A DNA stretch of 64,000 bases from Smithellaceae bacterium (GCA_030690945.1 JAUYFM010000064.1:928-64927), one strand, 5' to 3'; positions 26,221 to 36,144 are shown, numbered from the stretch's first letter. The notes: generated by a model from the letters alone, not told the origin. Numbers and translations are program-made.

Positions 26221-27471
26221 TTAATACGGGACGGGTACCAAGATTTTCTTGACCTTTTCATTGACTTTGGACATTTTCAGGATCGCGTCAAATTCTGCCT
26301 GGCTTTTCGGCCACCAGCAACTGAGGAATGACGGATCGGACACGCCTTTGGTAATCGTCTGAACCGTACCGTAAATTTTGACACGTCCTCCGGCTGTAAT
26401 GCCCATAAACTCCGACGGAAATTTGTCAGCCAGCATGGGAAAAGCTTTAGGAAAAGCCGCGCGGATCTTATAGGCGTCGGTTGCCGTGCCCGCCGCCGTG
26501 ATGGCTCGGGCCAGCGAATGCACGGCTGTGTAATTGAGAACACATTCCCAAGTGGTCATTCTTTTATAGGCTTTGGTATATCGCGAATCAAACGGACGCT
26601 CAGCGTAAGGCGAGGCAGGAAGACTCAAAACACCACCCGTACCGATCAGGTCGCCCATGAGCTTCGTGCTGCCCAGGAGTTTGGCAATAATGTCCTGTTT
26701 GGCCTGATCGATCATGATGAAGCCGCCTTTGAACCCCATATGACGCGCCTGTTCGATCACCAGAGCGGTTGTGGCCGATGGGCCGCCGATCAGCATGCAA
26801 TCAGGCTTGGTCGCAATCGCGGCAGTCAATGGTGCGGAAAAGTCTGTTTCCATGTAATAATTGGCTGGTTTGGAAATGGTGATGACGCCACCCTTCTTTT
26901 CCCAGGATTCCCGGAATGCCTGACTCCACTCGTCGCCGTAACCGCCAAACGTTACCACCATGGCGCAAGTCTTCCAGCCTTTTTTCAGCGCCCAGTCGGT
27001 AAATACTTCCACATAAGCACTGAAGGTCGGCGTGGATATGATGGTCAGTTTGTTGCCCAGCGCCTCAACTTTCGGCGTGCTGGTATACGCCATCATGAGA
27101 AACTCTTTGCCCTTTTCTTCGTTGATCTTCATGATAGGGACGGTGGTGGTGAACACGCCGTTAAAGACAGCGATGGTGCCTGCCGCCTGGAAGCGTCGCG
27201 CATTGTTGGCTGCCTGAGTGGGATCGGCGCGATCATCCAGTTTTTCCAATTTAAAGGTATGTTTTTTTCCGGCAACCATAATGCCGCCCTCTTCATTGAT
27301 TTCTTTGACAGCCATATCAATGCCGTTGAAAATATCCTGACCATATTCAGCGGCGACGCCGCTGATCGGCCCCGAGTACCCGATGATTATTTCGCCCGCA
27401 ACGCCCAGAGATGCCCAGAAAAAAAGAATGCTGATGGTTGACCAAAAGATGAATCTTTTTAAATGCTTCAT
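26221..27471 (-). CDS. ABC transporter substrate-binding protein (LivK/Peripla_BP_6-like)
   Basis: 416-aa ORF with a signal peptide. The N-terminus is IIIGYSGPISGVAAEYGQDIFNGIDMAVKEINEEGG, typical of branched-chain amino acid-type binding proteins. Confidence 0.8.
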   Translation of the reverse strand: MKHLKRFIFWSTISILFFWASLGVAGEIIIGYSGPISGVAAEYGQDIFNGIDMAVKEINEEGGIMVAGKKHTFKLEKLDDRADPTQAANNARRFQAAGTIAVFNGVFTTTVPIMKINEEKGKEFLMMAYTSTPKVEALGNKLTIISTPTFSAYVEVFTDWALKKGWKTCAMVVTFGGYGDEWSQAFRESWEKKGGVITISKPANYYMETDFSAPLTAAIATKPDCMLIGGPSATTALVIEQARHMGFKGGFIMIDQAKQDIIAKLLGSTKLMGDLIGTGGVLSLPASPYAERPFDSRYTKAYKRMTTWECVLNYTAVHSLARAITAAGTATDAYKIRAAFPKAFPMLADKFPSEFMGITAGGRVKIYGTVQTITKGVSDPSFLSCWWPKSQAEFDAILKMSKVNEKVKKILVPVPY

Positions 27472-27658
27472 GTCTGCTCCTCCTCATTATTTGCTGTGTA
27501 GAGTGCTGAATGACGCTGATCAAAACCGCTCATTTTTTGACAAACGCTCAAAGATTGATATCGAACGTTCGTTTTTTTCTTAGCAGATAAGAAATGAAAC
27601 GCAAGAAATATTTTTAATTATCTTCAATGTTTATGATTTTAAATAAAAAAATTACTCT

Positions 27659-28018
27659 TTATTCTTCTCCTTGATAGATGCAACCGGATTCCGGGCTTTC
27701 CTGAACAATGATCTTATACAATTGCGGAAGTGTGGGTCGAAGCCGCCGCCAGATCCACTGGCATAAGTTTTCCGAGGTGGGATTTTCCAGACCTTCGATA
27801 TTGTTTAAATTTTTATGATCCAATTGGTCCAGTACCGGTTCAAAAGCGGCCGAAATGTCGGCAAAATCCATCACCCAGCCGGTGCGGGGGTCGGCGTTAC
27901 CCCGGATGTGGATTTCAACGCGGAAGGAATGGCCGTGCAGCTTGGCGCACTTGTGGCCGACAGGGACACAGGGCAGATGATGCGCTGCGTCAAATTTGAA
28001 TACTTTATAAATTTCCAT
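27659..28018 (-). CDS. queD: 6-carboxy-5,6,7,8-tetrahydropterin synthase
   Basis: 119-aa ORF beginning MEIYKVFKFDAAHHLP...CAKLHGHSF, which carries the QueD signature residues. Confidence 0.9.
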   Translation of the reverse strand: MEIYKVFKFDAAHHLPCVPVGHKCAKLHGHSFRVEIHIRGNADPRTGWVMDFADISAAFEPVLDQLDHKNLNNIEGLENPTSENLCQWIWRRLRPTLPQLYKIIVQESPESGCIYQGEE

Positions 28019-28028
28019 TTTTTATTCC

Positions 28029-28658
28029 TTATCGAACACCTAATATTTTATGCAATTGCACACTGATTCGCCACTCGGGATGCGCCAGAACATACTCCAA
28101 GACCTGCCTTGTGGCTTGTTCCTGAGCAGCGCCGTCCATTGGCTGCAGAAAAAAATGCCGGAACTTCAGTTTTAGATATTGTTCCGGATCGGCCCCGTCC
28201 TGCGGATAGACCAGTTTTAACTCATGCCCGCTTACCTGCGCCAACTCCACAGAGGCTTTGGGACTGACACAAATCCAGTCAATGCCCGCAGGCGCTGTAA
28301 GTGTACCATTGGTCTCCACGGCTATTTCAAAATTTTCTTCATGCAGGGCGGCAATCAACTCGTCATCGATCTGCAGCAAGGGTTCTCCGCCGGTGCAAAC
28401 CACAAAGCGGCGACCGTTTGATTGCGGCCAGTTTTGAGCTATCTTTTGGACTAAAAGGCTTGCGGTTTTATATAATCCGCCATCGTTGCCTTCCGTCCCG
28501 ACAAAATCCGTATCGCAAAATTTGCAGAGCGCATCTTTTCGGTCTTCTTCTTTACCTGACCACAAGTTACATCCGGCAAAACGGCAAAAAACCGCCGGAC
28601 GGCCACTGTAATAGCCTTCCCCCTGGACCGAATAAAATATTTCCTTAACAGAATACAT
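28029..28658 (-). CDS. queE: 7-carboxy-7-deazaguanine synthase (radical SAM)
   Basis: 209-aa ORF with EIFYSVQGEGYYSGRPAVFCRFAGCNLWSG. Confidence 0.9.
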   Translation of the reverse strand: MYSVKEIFYSVQGEGYYSGRPAVFCRFAGCNLWSGKEEDRKDALCKFCDTDFVGTEGNDGGLYKTASLLVQKIAQNWPQSNGRRFVVCTGGEPLLQIDDELIAALHEENFEIAVETNGTLTAPAGIDWICVSPKASVELAQVSGHELKLVYPQDGADPEQYLKLKFRHFFLQPMDGAAQEQATRQVLEYVLAHPEWRISVQLHKILGVR

Positions 28659-28672
28659 AAGTCCTTTGGACG

Positions 28673-28754
28673 GTAGGGAACGGTCGCGACCGTTTCCTAC
28701 AAATCAGCCTAACAGCCTTCAGTCTCGTGCCCCCTTTAGGGGATCAGCCTATAC
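28673..28754. repeat. Composite palindromic repeat (28-nt palindrome A + G/C hairpin B), copy 1
   Basis: Element A at 28673-28700 is GTAGGGAACGGTCGCGACCGTTTCCTAC. Element B at 28714-28754 is AGCCTTCAGTCTCGTGCCCCCTTTAGGGGATCAGCCTATAC. The same composite recurs inverted at 51585-51657, and B recurs at 37308-37356. Confidence 0.8.
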
Positions 28755-29452
28755 TTCCCCGGGTCCTTCAGCCCCGCTTCCTGAAAGCCTTTCAGGCGCA
28801 GCAAACAGGAATCACACTGGCCGCAGGCAGCGCCGTCCGTTCCCGGATCGTAGCAACTATGCGTCAGGGAATAATCAACGTCCAATTCCATGCCTTTGCG
28901 AATAATCTGCGCCTTGCTTAACGCGATGAGCGGTGTATGAATTTTCAATTTTTGTTTGCCCTCCACACCGGCTTTAGTCGCCAGGTTGGCCATGCGTTCG
29001 TAGGCCTCAATATATTCCGGGCGGCAATCCGGATAGCCGCTGTAGTCCAGGGCATTCACACCGATAAAAATGTCGGACGACCCGATCACCTCCGCCCACG
29101 CCAAAGCATAAGAAAGAAAGATGGTATTGCGCGCCGGAACGTAGGTGATTGGAATATCCTTCCCCATTTCTTGCACTGAGCGGCTTTTGGGGACGTCCAG
29201 ATCACTGGTCAAGGCAGACCCCCCGATACGACGCAGATCAATATCAACCGTCAGGTGTTGAGACACGAAATAGCTCTGGGCAATGCGCACGGCTGCTTCA
29301 AGCTCAACCATATGACGTTGACCATACCGGAAGCTCAAGGCATAAACATCAAATCCCCTGCTCCGGGCAATAGCCAGTGTGGTGGCGGAATCAATGCCGC
29401 CGGAGAGCAAAATAACAGCTTTCTTCATTGATTGATCGACTTCGTTTTTCAT
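28736..29452 (-). CDS. queC: 7-cyano-7-deazaguanine synthase
   Basis: 238-aa ORF with [13 protein letters not shown] and the C-terminal zinc cysteines CGQCDSC. An alternative start lies at 29428 (MKKAVILL). The last codons lie inside repeat element B. Confidence 0.9.
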   Translation of the reverse strand: MKNEVDQSMKKAVILLSGGIDSATTLAIARSRGFDVYALSFRYGQRHMVELEAAVRIAQSYFVSQHLTVDIDLRRIGGSALTSDLDVPKSRSVQEMGKDIPITYVPARNTIFLSYALAWAEVIGSSDIFIGVNALDYSGYPDCRPEYIEAYERMANLATKAGVEGKQKLKIHTPLIALSKAQIIRKGMELDVDYSLTHSCYDPGTDGAACGQCDSCLLRLKGFQEAGLKDPGKYRLIP

Positions 29453-29492
29453 GGTCAGATTGTCTATCAGATTTTGTAAAAAATCGCCCGGG

Positions 29493-30269
29493 CTATTTAG
29501 CGGGAGAGGTTTTGATGCGGAAAAGCTTCCGGGTGTTAACGGCTGCCGTTTGCGCCACGTCTTCCCAAGTCATGCCCTTGATTTCAGCGACTTTCTTTGC
29601 CGTATGGATAATGAATGACGGTTCGTTTCTTTTACCGCGATACGGGACGGGCGCCAGATAAGGACAGTCTGTTTCTAAAAGGATCGAATTGAGCGGCGCC
29701 TGCCTTACAACCTCATGCAACACTTTAGACTTATCAAAAGTCACGACACCGGGCACGGAAATATAAAAACCCAGATCAATACACTTCCTGGCCATGGCCC
29801 AGTCACCGGAAAAACAATGAAAGACACCCCAGCGGATACCGGAGGCTTTCACCATGCTGAGCGTCTCTTCATGAGCGTCGCGGTCATGGATAATCACCGG
29901 CAGATTGAGTTCGTTCGCCAATTCCAGTTGCCTGGCAAACATTTCTATTTGTTTTTCACGCGGTGAAATATTGCGAAAGAAATCCAGACCAATTTCGCCA
30001 TAGGCGACAACTTTCGGATCTTGCGCCAGCACCTTCAGTTCATCGAATGATTTGTCGTTTGATTTGGCCACATCATGGGGATGAACCCCGACGGTTGCAT
30101 AAACGTTTTCGTATTGACGGGCAATCGATAACGCCTTACGGCTCAAGCCCGGATTTGTTCCCACTGTGATGATACAGTCAACACCTGCGAGGCTGGCCCG
30201 TTCGATCACGTCCTTACGGTCGGAATCGAATTCTTTCATCTCCAGGTGGGCATGGGAGTCAACCAGCAT
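29493..30269 (-). CDS. TatD family hydrolase
   Basis: 258-aa ORF beginning [14 protein letters not shown], with later metal-binding His/Asp motifs ([23 protein letters not shown]). Confidence 0.9.
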   Translation of the reverse strand: MLVDSHAHLEMKEFDSDRKDVIERASLAGVDCIITVGTNPGLSRKALSIARQYENVYATVGVHPHDVAKSNDKSFDELKVLAQDPKVVAYGEIGLDFFRNISPREKQIEMFARQLELANELNLPVIIHDRDAHEETLSMVKASGIRWGVFHCFSGDWAMARKCIDLGFYISVPGVVTFDKSKVLHEVVRQAPLNSILLETDCPYLAPVPYRGKRNEPSFIIHTAKKVAEIKGMTWEDVAQTAAVNTRKLFRIKTSPAK

Positions 30270-30274
30270 AACGC

Positions 30275-30442
30275 CTACTTTTCGTTGGCCTGAAACGGAA
30301 TTTCTTCTGCATTATCAGCCATATCGGGCAGCTTTTTTAAAAGAGTGGATAAATCTTTTTCTGATAATTCACCGATCAGTACCTTGCGGGAAATGATTCG
30401 GCGGTCGGTTTTGAGTAATTCTGAGTTGATTTTTCTGGGCAT
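30275..30442 (-). CDS. Hypothetical small protein (55 aa)
   Basis: This ORF is not in the supplied track. Translation is MPRKINSELLKTDRRIISRKVLIGELSEKDLSTLLKKLPDMADNAEEIPFQANEK. A GGAGGA RBS-like run lies upstream, and the ORF ends 5 nt before the tatD-like start. I recognise no family. Confidence 0.35.
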   Translation of the reverse strand: MPRKINSELLKTDRRIISRKVLIGELSEKDLSTLLKKLPDMADNAEEIPFQANEK

Positions 30443-30613
30443 TTAAATCCTCCTGGGAAACATAGCCTGTAAACTTTTTCATATTCATTCTTAACTATGG
30501 CGGACTAGTATTCTATTTTAACAACATAATCAAGCCCCAAGAGTTTTGTGATGAATTGTGGCATAAAATAAATATTCAAGTTCGATGACGCAGTTGCCGG
30601 ATATATCATGGAA

Positions 30614-31441
30614 TTATCTTTTCAGGCGCGGATCGGACGCATCGCGTATGCCTTCACCCAATAAATTATAGCCGACTACCGTGATAAGAATCGCCAGGCC
30701 CGGATAAAGCGACAGCCACCAGGCGATATCGATATTATCTTTGCCTGCCGTCAGAATATTCCCCCAGCTGGGCGTCGGCGGCTGCACGCCGATTCCCAAA
30801 AAACTCAGAGCCGACTCCGTCAGAATCGCACCGGCAATGCCGAGGGTAGCCGCCACCAGAATGGACGCCAGCGCGTTGGGTAGAATGTGCATAAAAATAA
30901 TCCGGGCATCATTTGCGCCTATGGCCCGGGCCGCCCGCACAAAATCCCGTTCGCGAAGCGAGACAAAATCCGCCCGCACCAGACGAGTCACTCCCATCCA
31001 GCCGGTGAGCCCAATCACAATCATAATATTCCAGATCGAAGGCTCCAGAAAGGCGATCACCGCCAGGATCAGGAAAAAGGCGGGAAAACAAAGCATGACA
31101 TCCACAAATCGCATGATCACCGCATCAATCCAACCGCCGTAGAAACCGGCAACAGCGCCCAGAATCATCCCGATGAGAATTGCGAGACCCGTGGCGACAA
31201 AACCGACCTTCAGCGAAATGCGCGCTCCCCAAATCATCCGGGAAAGAACATCGCGCCCCAGCTGATCCGTGCCAAACCAGTGTTCACCGGACGGCGGCGC
31301 CAGGACATTTTTCAGATCAATCGCGCCGGGATCGTAAGGCGCAAGCACGGGCGCCAGGAGCGACACGACAAACAGCAAAATTACAATACCACAGCCGGTC
31401 AGCGCCAGTTTGTTCTTATAAAACATTTTCCAGAAACCCAT
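30614..31441 (-). CDS. Peptide/nickel ABC transporter permease (DppC/OppC-like)
   Basis: 275-aa ORF. It has an N-terminal OppC-type segment and the EAA-loop region FVRAARAIGANDARIIFMHILPN. Confidence 0.85.
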   Translation of the reverse strand: MGFWKMFYKNKLALTGCGIVILLFVVSLLAPVLAPYDPGAIDLKNVLAPPSGEHWFGTDQLGRDVLSRMIWGARISLKVGFVATGLAILIGMILGAVAGFYGGWIDAVIMRFVDVMLCFPAFFLILAVIAFLEPSIWNIMIVIGLTGWMGVTRLVRADFVSLRERDFVRAARAIGANDARIIFMHILPNALASILVAATLGIAGAILTESALSFLGIGVQPPTPSWGNILTAGKDNIDIAWWLSLYPGLAILITVVGYNLLGEGIRDASDPRLKR

Positions 31442-31512
31442 TTAAACACCATTACGAGCATTAATTACCACTTTATTGAACCGGTAATTAACGGAATATA
31501 TTTTAATTCCCT

Positions 31513-31665
31513 CTCCCTCGACAGACTGTGTCACAATTCATTTTCATGTCATTTCGAAGCAAAGCGAGAAATCTTGTTTTTAATAAATTCAAGGTATTAA
31601 GATTCCTCACATACGTTCGGAATGACAATTGTGATAATTACGACACAGTCTCCAGGGGCGGGGAG
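31513..31665. mobile_element. MITE-like hairpin-rich element in the permease-permease intergenic gap
   Basis: The terminal inverted repeats are AGACTGTGTC (31523-31532) and GACACAGTCT (31642-31651). Internal hairpins are of the type GTCATTTCGAAGCAAAGCGAGAAATC and GATTCCTCACATACGTTCGGAATGAC. It fills the 228-bp gap between two genes that are normally adjacent. Confidence 0.5.
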
Positions 31666-31669
31666 GTTC

Positions 31670-32644
31670 TTACGAAATGCGGATGCGCGGGTCCGCCAGC
31701 GCATACGACAAATCGGCAATCAAATTTCCCACCAACGTCAAGATCGCGCCAATCAGCAATATCCCCATGACCGTCGGATAGTCACGAGCCATCACCGACA
31801 GGTAAAACAACTGCCCCATGCCCGGAATCGCAAAAATAGTTTCAAAGATGACGCTGCCGCCGATCAGGCCGGGGATGGACAATCCCAGGATGGTGATCGC
31901 CGGCAAGAGCGCATTGCGTAAGGCATGTTTATAGATCACCTGTCTTTCGCTCAACCCCTTGGCGCGCGCCGTCAAAATGTAATCCTGCCTGATGACCTCC
32001 AGCATATTGGCCCGCATGTAGCGGGAAAGCCCTGCCAATCCTCCGAAAGCGGATATGAAGACCGGCAGAATCAGATGCTTGACCAGATCCGCCAACTGCC
32101 CCCAGACACTGAGATATTCATAATTGAGGGACCGCAATCCCGAAATCGGCAGCCACCCCAGGTGAATGCCGAAAAAAATCATCATGAGCAACGCCAGCCA
32201 GAAGGTCGGCACAGCAAAACCGATAAACACAAGCACAGCGGTCACTTTATCAAAAAGCGAATCCTGATGAACCGCCGACAAAACGCCAATCGGCACAGCA
32301 ACCGCAATAATAATGATCAGCGATAGGAAATTGATAATAATTGTTATCGGCAGACGCTCCAGAATCTTGTCTGCCACTTTCCGGTGGTCGGATGAAAAGG
32401 AAGTGCCCAAATCACCTCGCCCCAGCTTTTTCAGCCATGACCAGTATTGAACATGGATGGGCTTATCCAGTTCATACATGCTCATCAGCCGCTCTTTCAT
32501 CTCGGTCGACGCTTTCGGATTCATCTGCGTCTGCAAATCCGTGGGCGATCCGGGCGCCAGACGCATCACAAAAAAACAAATAACTGTGATGCCGAGCAGA
32601 AGCGGAATCATAAAGATGGCTCTCTTGATCAGATACTTAATCAC
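31670..32644 (-). CDS. Peptide/nickel ABC transporter permease (DppB/OppB-like)
   Basis: 324-aa ORF beginning [34 protein letters not shown], with the EAA-loop region [26 protein letters not shown]. Confidence 0.85.
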   Translation of the reverse strand: MIKYLIKRAIFMIPLLLGITVICFFVMRLAPGSPTDLQTQMNPKASTEMKERLMSMYELDKPIHVQYWSWLKKLGRGDLGTSFSSDHRKVADKILERLPITIIINFLSLIIIIAVAVPIGVLSAVHQDSLFDKVTAVLVFIGFAVPTFWLALLMMIFFGIHLGWLPISGLRSLNYEYLSVWGQLADLVKHLILPVFISAFGGLAGLSRYMRANMLEVIRQDYILTARAKGLSERQVIYKHALRNALLPAITILGLSIPGLIGGSVIFETIFAIPGMGQLFYLSVMARDYPTVMGILLIGAILTLVGNLIADLSYALADPRIRIS

Positions 32645-32665
32645 ATTATTCTCCGCGGCAGGCTT

Positions 32666-33469
32666 TTAATCCGCCTTATCCCCGTCATACCAAAGCGACA
32701 TTTTTTGCAAATTAACCGCCGACTGCCAAAGATGTTCCTGAGCATGCGCCTCCAGCGTGATTGTCGGTCTGGCTTTCATATCTTTCAGCGCCATGAAAAA
32801 CCGCTCGAAAGGGAACGTCGCCGCGCCCACCGGCAGATGCTCATCAAACTTGCCGAAATTATCATGCAGATGCAGATGACCGATATAACGGCCCATCTGC
32901 TCCATCCAGGCTTTCAAAGGCGCATAGGAAAAGACATTGAAATGCCCCGTGTCAAAACAAAAACAAATCTGATCCGAGGCGAGCATTTCAAACAGACGGC
33001 TTAAAATGTGCGGTTCTTTTTCATAAACATTTTCCAGAGCGATGATGGTCGCTGCGTCTTTGGCCAACGGAATAAGCTGACGCCAGAAATTGACGCTGTT
33101 TTCCAGCCACAAATCATCGCAGTCCACATAGTAGCGGTCGTCAAAGGACGGATGACAGACAATTTTCAGCGGCTGAAAATGCGGTGTCAGGTCAAACACC
33201 TGACGAATCCGATCCAGGCTGCTTTTTCGGATCTGATCATCGAGCGCACCGGGACGCAAATCTACAAAAGGAGCGTGAAAAGTCACTTTCAATCCGGCAT
33301 CTTTTAATCTGTGAGCGGTCTCGACGCACTTTTTTTTATCCAGTGATTGTAACGCATAGTGACTGAAATAAATTTCCAGATTGAGCTTCTTCTCCAGAAT
33401 CATCGGCAGATACTGAGTTAGAAGATGGTATGGCATGTGCGCGTGAACCCTTTTTAAAACGTCAATCAT
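32666..33469 (-). CDS. Sugar phosphate isomerase/epimerase family (xylose isomerase-like TIM barrel) protein
   Basis: 267-aa ORF. The pattern of metal ligands (FHAPF, ALENV, FCFDTGHFN, HLHLHDN, TLEAH) fits the AP endonuclease 2 / TIM-barrel family. Confidence 0.65.
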   Translation of the reverse strand: MIDVLKRVHAHMPYHLLTQYLPMILEKKLNLEIYFSHYALQSLDKKKCVETAHRLKDAGLKVTFHAPFVDLRPGALDDQIRKSSLDRIRQVFDLTPHFQPLKIVCHPSFDDRYYVDCDDLWLENSVNFWRQLIPLAKDAATIIALENVYEKEPHILSRLFEMLASDQICFCFDTGHFNVFSYAPLKAWMEQMGRYIGHLHLHDNFGKFDEHLPVGAATFPFERFFMALKDMKARPTITLEAHAQEHLWQSAVNLQKMSLWYDGDKAD

Positions 33470-33651
33470 GTCAAAATCCCTTTAAAGATGAATAAGGATC
33501 GTTGATTTACCATAGTCATTTTTTTTTCACAACATTAATGAGGACGGACTGGGTTGACATGATGACCTTTCAGGCATTGACATAAGGACCTCAATATTAA
33601 TCCCAACCATATTACTGCCGGACAAGCTGGCCCATTCTTATCTAATAATTA

Positions 33652-34119
33652 TTATTCAGATTCGATCAGACGGGCAACGTCTTTACCACATTGCTTACAA
33701 GTACCCCGCAGGATAAGACAACGGTCTTCAATGACGCCATTCTCAAGCTGCATGGAGCTGCCGGTTCCGCAATGCGGGCACCAGATGTTATCCAGAATAT
33801 CTTTCCTCGTCTTTTCTGAGATTTGCTGCCAACGCTGTTTTGCAGCAACCGTAAAATCGGGAAATGCAAGCATTTCCACCTTCTTCATGAAATGTTTCTC
33901 AAAAAGCGCTTGGGACTTGAGAAAACCTTCTTCCGTCATGCCGACTGACTTGGCTTTCCCGACTGGATTCGATATGAATCCTTTGTCGCGCAGCCTGTTT
34001 AATGTGTCCCAGTCAAAACCCTTCCACGCTCTTGCGCCCAAACCTTCTTCCCGACCGTGGGAGACAAGATAGAGAAGCGCCAGGGTGAATTCATCCACTT
34101 TATCTTCATCGTATTTCAT
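33652..34119 (-). CDS. DUF6429-like protein with a C-terminal CxxC...CxxC zinc ribbon
   Basis: 155-aa ORF. The N-terminal half (DEFTLALLYLVSH...RAWKGFDWDTLNRLRDKGFISNPVGKAKSVGMTEEG) matches my memory of DUF6429. The C-terminal half carries CPHCG...CKQCG. Confidence 0.55.
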   Translation of the reverse strand: MKYDEDKVDEFTLALLYLVSHGREEGLGARAWKGFDWDTLNRLRDKGFISNPVGKAKSVGMTEEGFLKSQALFEKHFMKKVEMLAFPDFTVAAKQRWQQISEKTRKDILDNIWCPHCGTGSSMQLENGVIEDRCLILRGTCKQCGKDVARLIESE

Positions 34120-34212
34120 TTATGCTCCTCAAAATAAGCCATGAAAGACCAATCATAACAACCCCGTAAAAAGTCCAAAAACCATCATCTTGCCGATTTT
34201 CTGGAGCGCTTC

Positions 34213-34554
34213 CTACCTGGTTATCTTAGCATCGCCATGATCCCGCCGGATTATTCTTTGAAATTTTCCCCTCTGCTTTTCTCCTATTCCGTCGTCAGAT
34301 TGCCGATAAATTGCCGATAAAACATAAGCGCGTCCACGATTCGATTGATCGGCAACGATCAACCAGCCATCTTCCACCCATTTTTTTAAAAGAACTCTCA
34401 CCATCCGGGTGGATAGCCCCAGAGCAGAAGCAATTTCCGACGAAGTCAGCCGCTCCTTGCCGGCAAAAAGAGATAAAACCACACGCGTGCTACTTGGGGT
34501 CATGCTACTTGGGGTCAGGTCTTGAAATATAAGCTTTCTGATCCCGCTAGACAT
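34213..34554 (-). CDS. Winged-helix DNA-binding protein, possibly a remnant of a larger (Fic-type?) gene
   Basis: 113-aa ORF with a wHTH segment (LTSSEIASALGLSTRMVRVLLKKWVEDGWL). It contains a 15-bp tandem duplication at 34489-34518 (TPSSMTPSS). Confidence 0.4.
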   Translation of the reverse strand: MSSGIRKLIFQDLTPSSMTPSSTRVVLSLFAGKERLTSSEIASALGLSTRMVRVLLKKWVEDGWLIVADQSNRGRAYVLSAIYRQSDDGIGEKQRGKFQRIIRRDHGDAKITR

Positions 34555-34630
34555 TTATTAATTGCCCGTTATCTTACAACTTTGAAATTACATTGCAATA
34601 TAAAATGCTTCAGGTGCAAGGGAATCTTTT

Positions 34631-35545
34631 TTATTTCCACGTTCCGGCAGCTTGCCATGTTTTTCGAAACTCCAATCCTTTATGGATTACCGCAAGGGGC
34701 TTTGCCAGAAACTTCTCAATAACTTTTGCTGTTGCAGATAATTTATCAGGCGCATGTTTTATATCACCCTTCCTTAGAAAGGCCGTCCAAAGTACCTGAC
34801 GATCAGATTGGCCGTCATAGATTTCTTCAGCAAAAAGGGGCCGTCTTTGCGGTAACTCGGTTTTACGATGGACAAAGGTTTTTTTTAAAGCTTCGGCAAG
34901 GTTTAAACCATCAAAATCGAATTGCCGTGTCATCAGCCAAATATCATAGAAATCTTTCATACGGCTGTTCAACAATCCCAATTTCACCATGGCTTCAAAT
35001 TTCTCACTGATAACACTTTCCGGCGGGTATCCCTTAAGACGCGGCTGCGGAAGATCCAGTATTGCAGGATATTCAAGTATTTTGGGCGTTGGATAAACAA
35101 TGTCGCCAAACGCAATATCAATCTGCATGGGTATGCGCGCCCTTTCCAAAAACCCGATAAACTTTATGCGCACGCCCTCGTAATCTGCATCTTCCTTAAT
35201 CCGGCGACCCGTTACCGTAACCGGATCAAAAACGAGGCCGTCAGATACAACGGATATTTTGCAGACATCTTTCATGACTTTCTCAATACTGCTGATCTGG
35301 TTGTCAAAGCGTGCCAGTAAATCAATATCCAGTGTTGTCCGCCGCTGTGGGATGCCCCACGCCGTAAACATGAGAGCGCCTTTGAGAATAAAATGACGCG
35401 AATAGGCGGATTTACTCAAGCGGAACAAAAACCGCTCCATGCCATAATATTGAAGGACTTCCGCGAAGGGCCGATTGGTCTCCCTTGCCTTGTTTTGAAG
35501 CCGGCTCCGAACAGAGGCCTGAATATTCAGGATATTCTTTTTCAT
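34631..35545 (-). CDS. AbiEii/AbiGii-family nucleotidyltransferase toxin (type IV TA)
   Basis: ORF 34631-35590, with the ATG at 35545 (MKKNILNIQASVRSRLQNKARE) preferred. It has the typical DUF1814/AbiEii N-terminus and the motif FILKGALMF...TLDIDL. Its ATG overlaps the AbiEi stop (ATGA). Confidence 0.85.
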   Translation of the reverse strand: MKKNILNIQASVRSRLQNKARETNRPFAEVLQYYGMERFLFRLSKSAYSRHFILKGALMFTAWGIPQRRTTLDIDLLARFDNQISSIEKVMKDVCKISVVSDGLVFDPVTVTGRRIKEDADYEGVRIKFIGFLERARIPMQIDIAFGDIVYPTPKILEYPAILDLPQPRLKGYPPESVISEKFEAMVKLGLLNSRMKDFYDIWLMTRQFDFDGLNLAEALKKTFVHRKTELPQRRPLFAEEIYDGQSDRQVLWTAFLRKGDIKHAPDKLSATAKVIEKFLAKPLAVIHKGLEFRKTWQAAGTWK

Positions 35546-36144
35546 ATAATGGCTTCCAGGATCGGTTTGATGATACCGTCCACACGGCATATCTTTGCAT
35601 ATTTCATGATCTCAGAAGGCAGGCTGCGCTTCTCTGTTATCGCCGCCTTGAGGGCATCTCTGGCTACATTGGCGCCTATTTTGTTTCTGAATTTGAAGCA
35701 GTCCGCGATTGTCTTTGCCAGGGAGTAAACCTGAATAGGATGTCCGTCAATCTGATGCACCTCGATTCCTGCTTTCCATACTTGAGGAGCAAACCGATAA
35801 AATTTTACCGGCGGGTATACGATAATATTGGCATGAGACTGCCTCGGGATGGCTATCTCTACCACTTTTGGAATTTCGTTTGTGACTTCATGAAATGCCA
35901 GGGCGGAAATCAGACAGAAAACGCCGCGCGGCGCCAGAAGCGACACCATGACCAGATCGGAATGATCACCAGGATTATAATCAGCAAGGCGGTAAAGACC
36001 GCGGCTGATCTTTTCGATTTGCCCGTTTTTCTCAAGAGCGGCAAGCGCGTCGGGATGGAATCCCGCTTTCAGTATCGCTGAAAAGCGGGCAACGCCGCCA
36101 TTTTCCTGGAAAAAGCTCATAAGATTTTGCGATTTCGTCTGCAT
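35542..36144 (-). CDS. AbiEi-family antitoxin / transcriptional regulator (type IV TA)
   Basis: ORF 35542-36159, with the ATG at 36144 preferred. It carries the N-terminal wHTH GGVARFSAILKAGFHPDALAALEKNGQIEKISRGLYRL, typical of AbiEi_4. Confidence 0.8.
   Translation of the reverse strand: MQTKSQNLMSFFQENGGVARFSAILKAGFHPDALAALEKNGQIEKISRGLYRLADYNPGDHSDLVMVSLLAPRGVFCLISALAFHEVTNEIPKVVEIAIPRQSHANIIVYPPVKFYRFAPQVWKAGIEVHQIDGHPIQVYSLAKTIADCFKFRNKIGANVARDALKAAITEKRSLPSEIMKYAKICRVDGIIKPILEAII

Noticed and set aside
29453-29492. A preQ1 riboswitch upstream of queC.
   Set aside because: Only 40 nt separate the TatD-like stop and the queC start, and I saw no preQ1-I/II-like hairpin or ACCCC/AAAAAACTA-type motif. 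queC is more likely co-transcribed with the upstream gene.
33586-33620. A possible fifth copy of the dyad UAS (CCTCAATATTAATCCCAACCATATTACTG).
   Set aside because: Only one half-site matches. There is no second dyad and no TGGC-N8-TTGC element within 200 bp on either strand.
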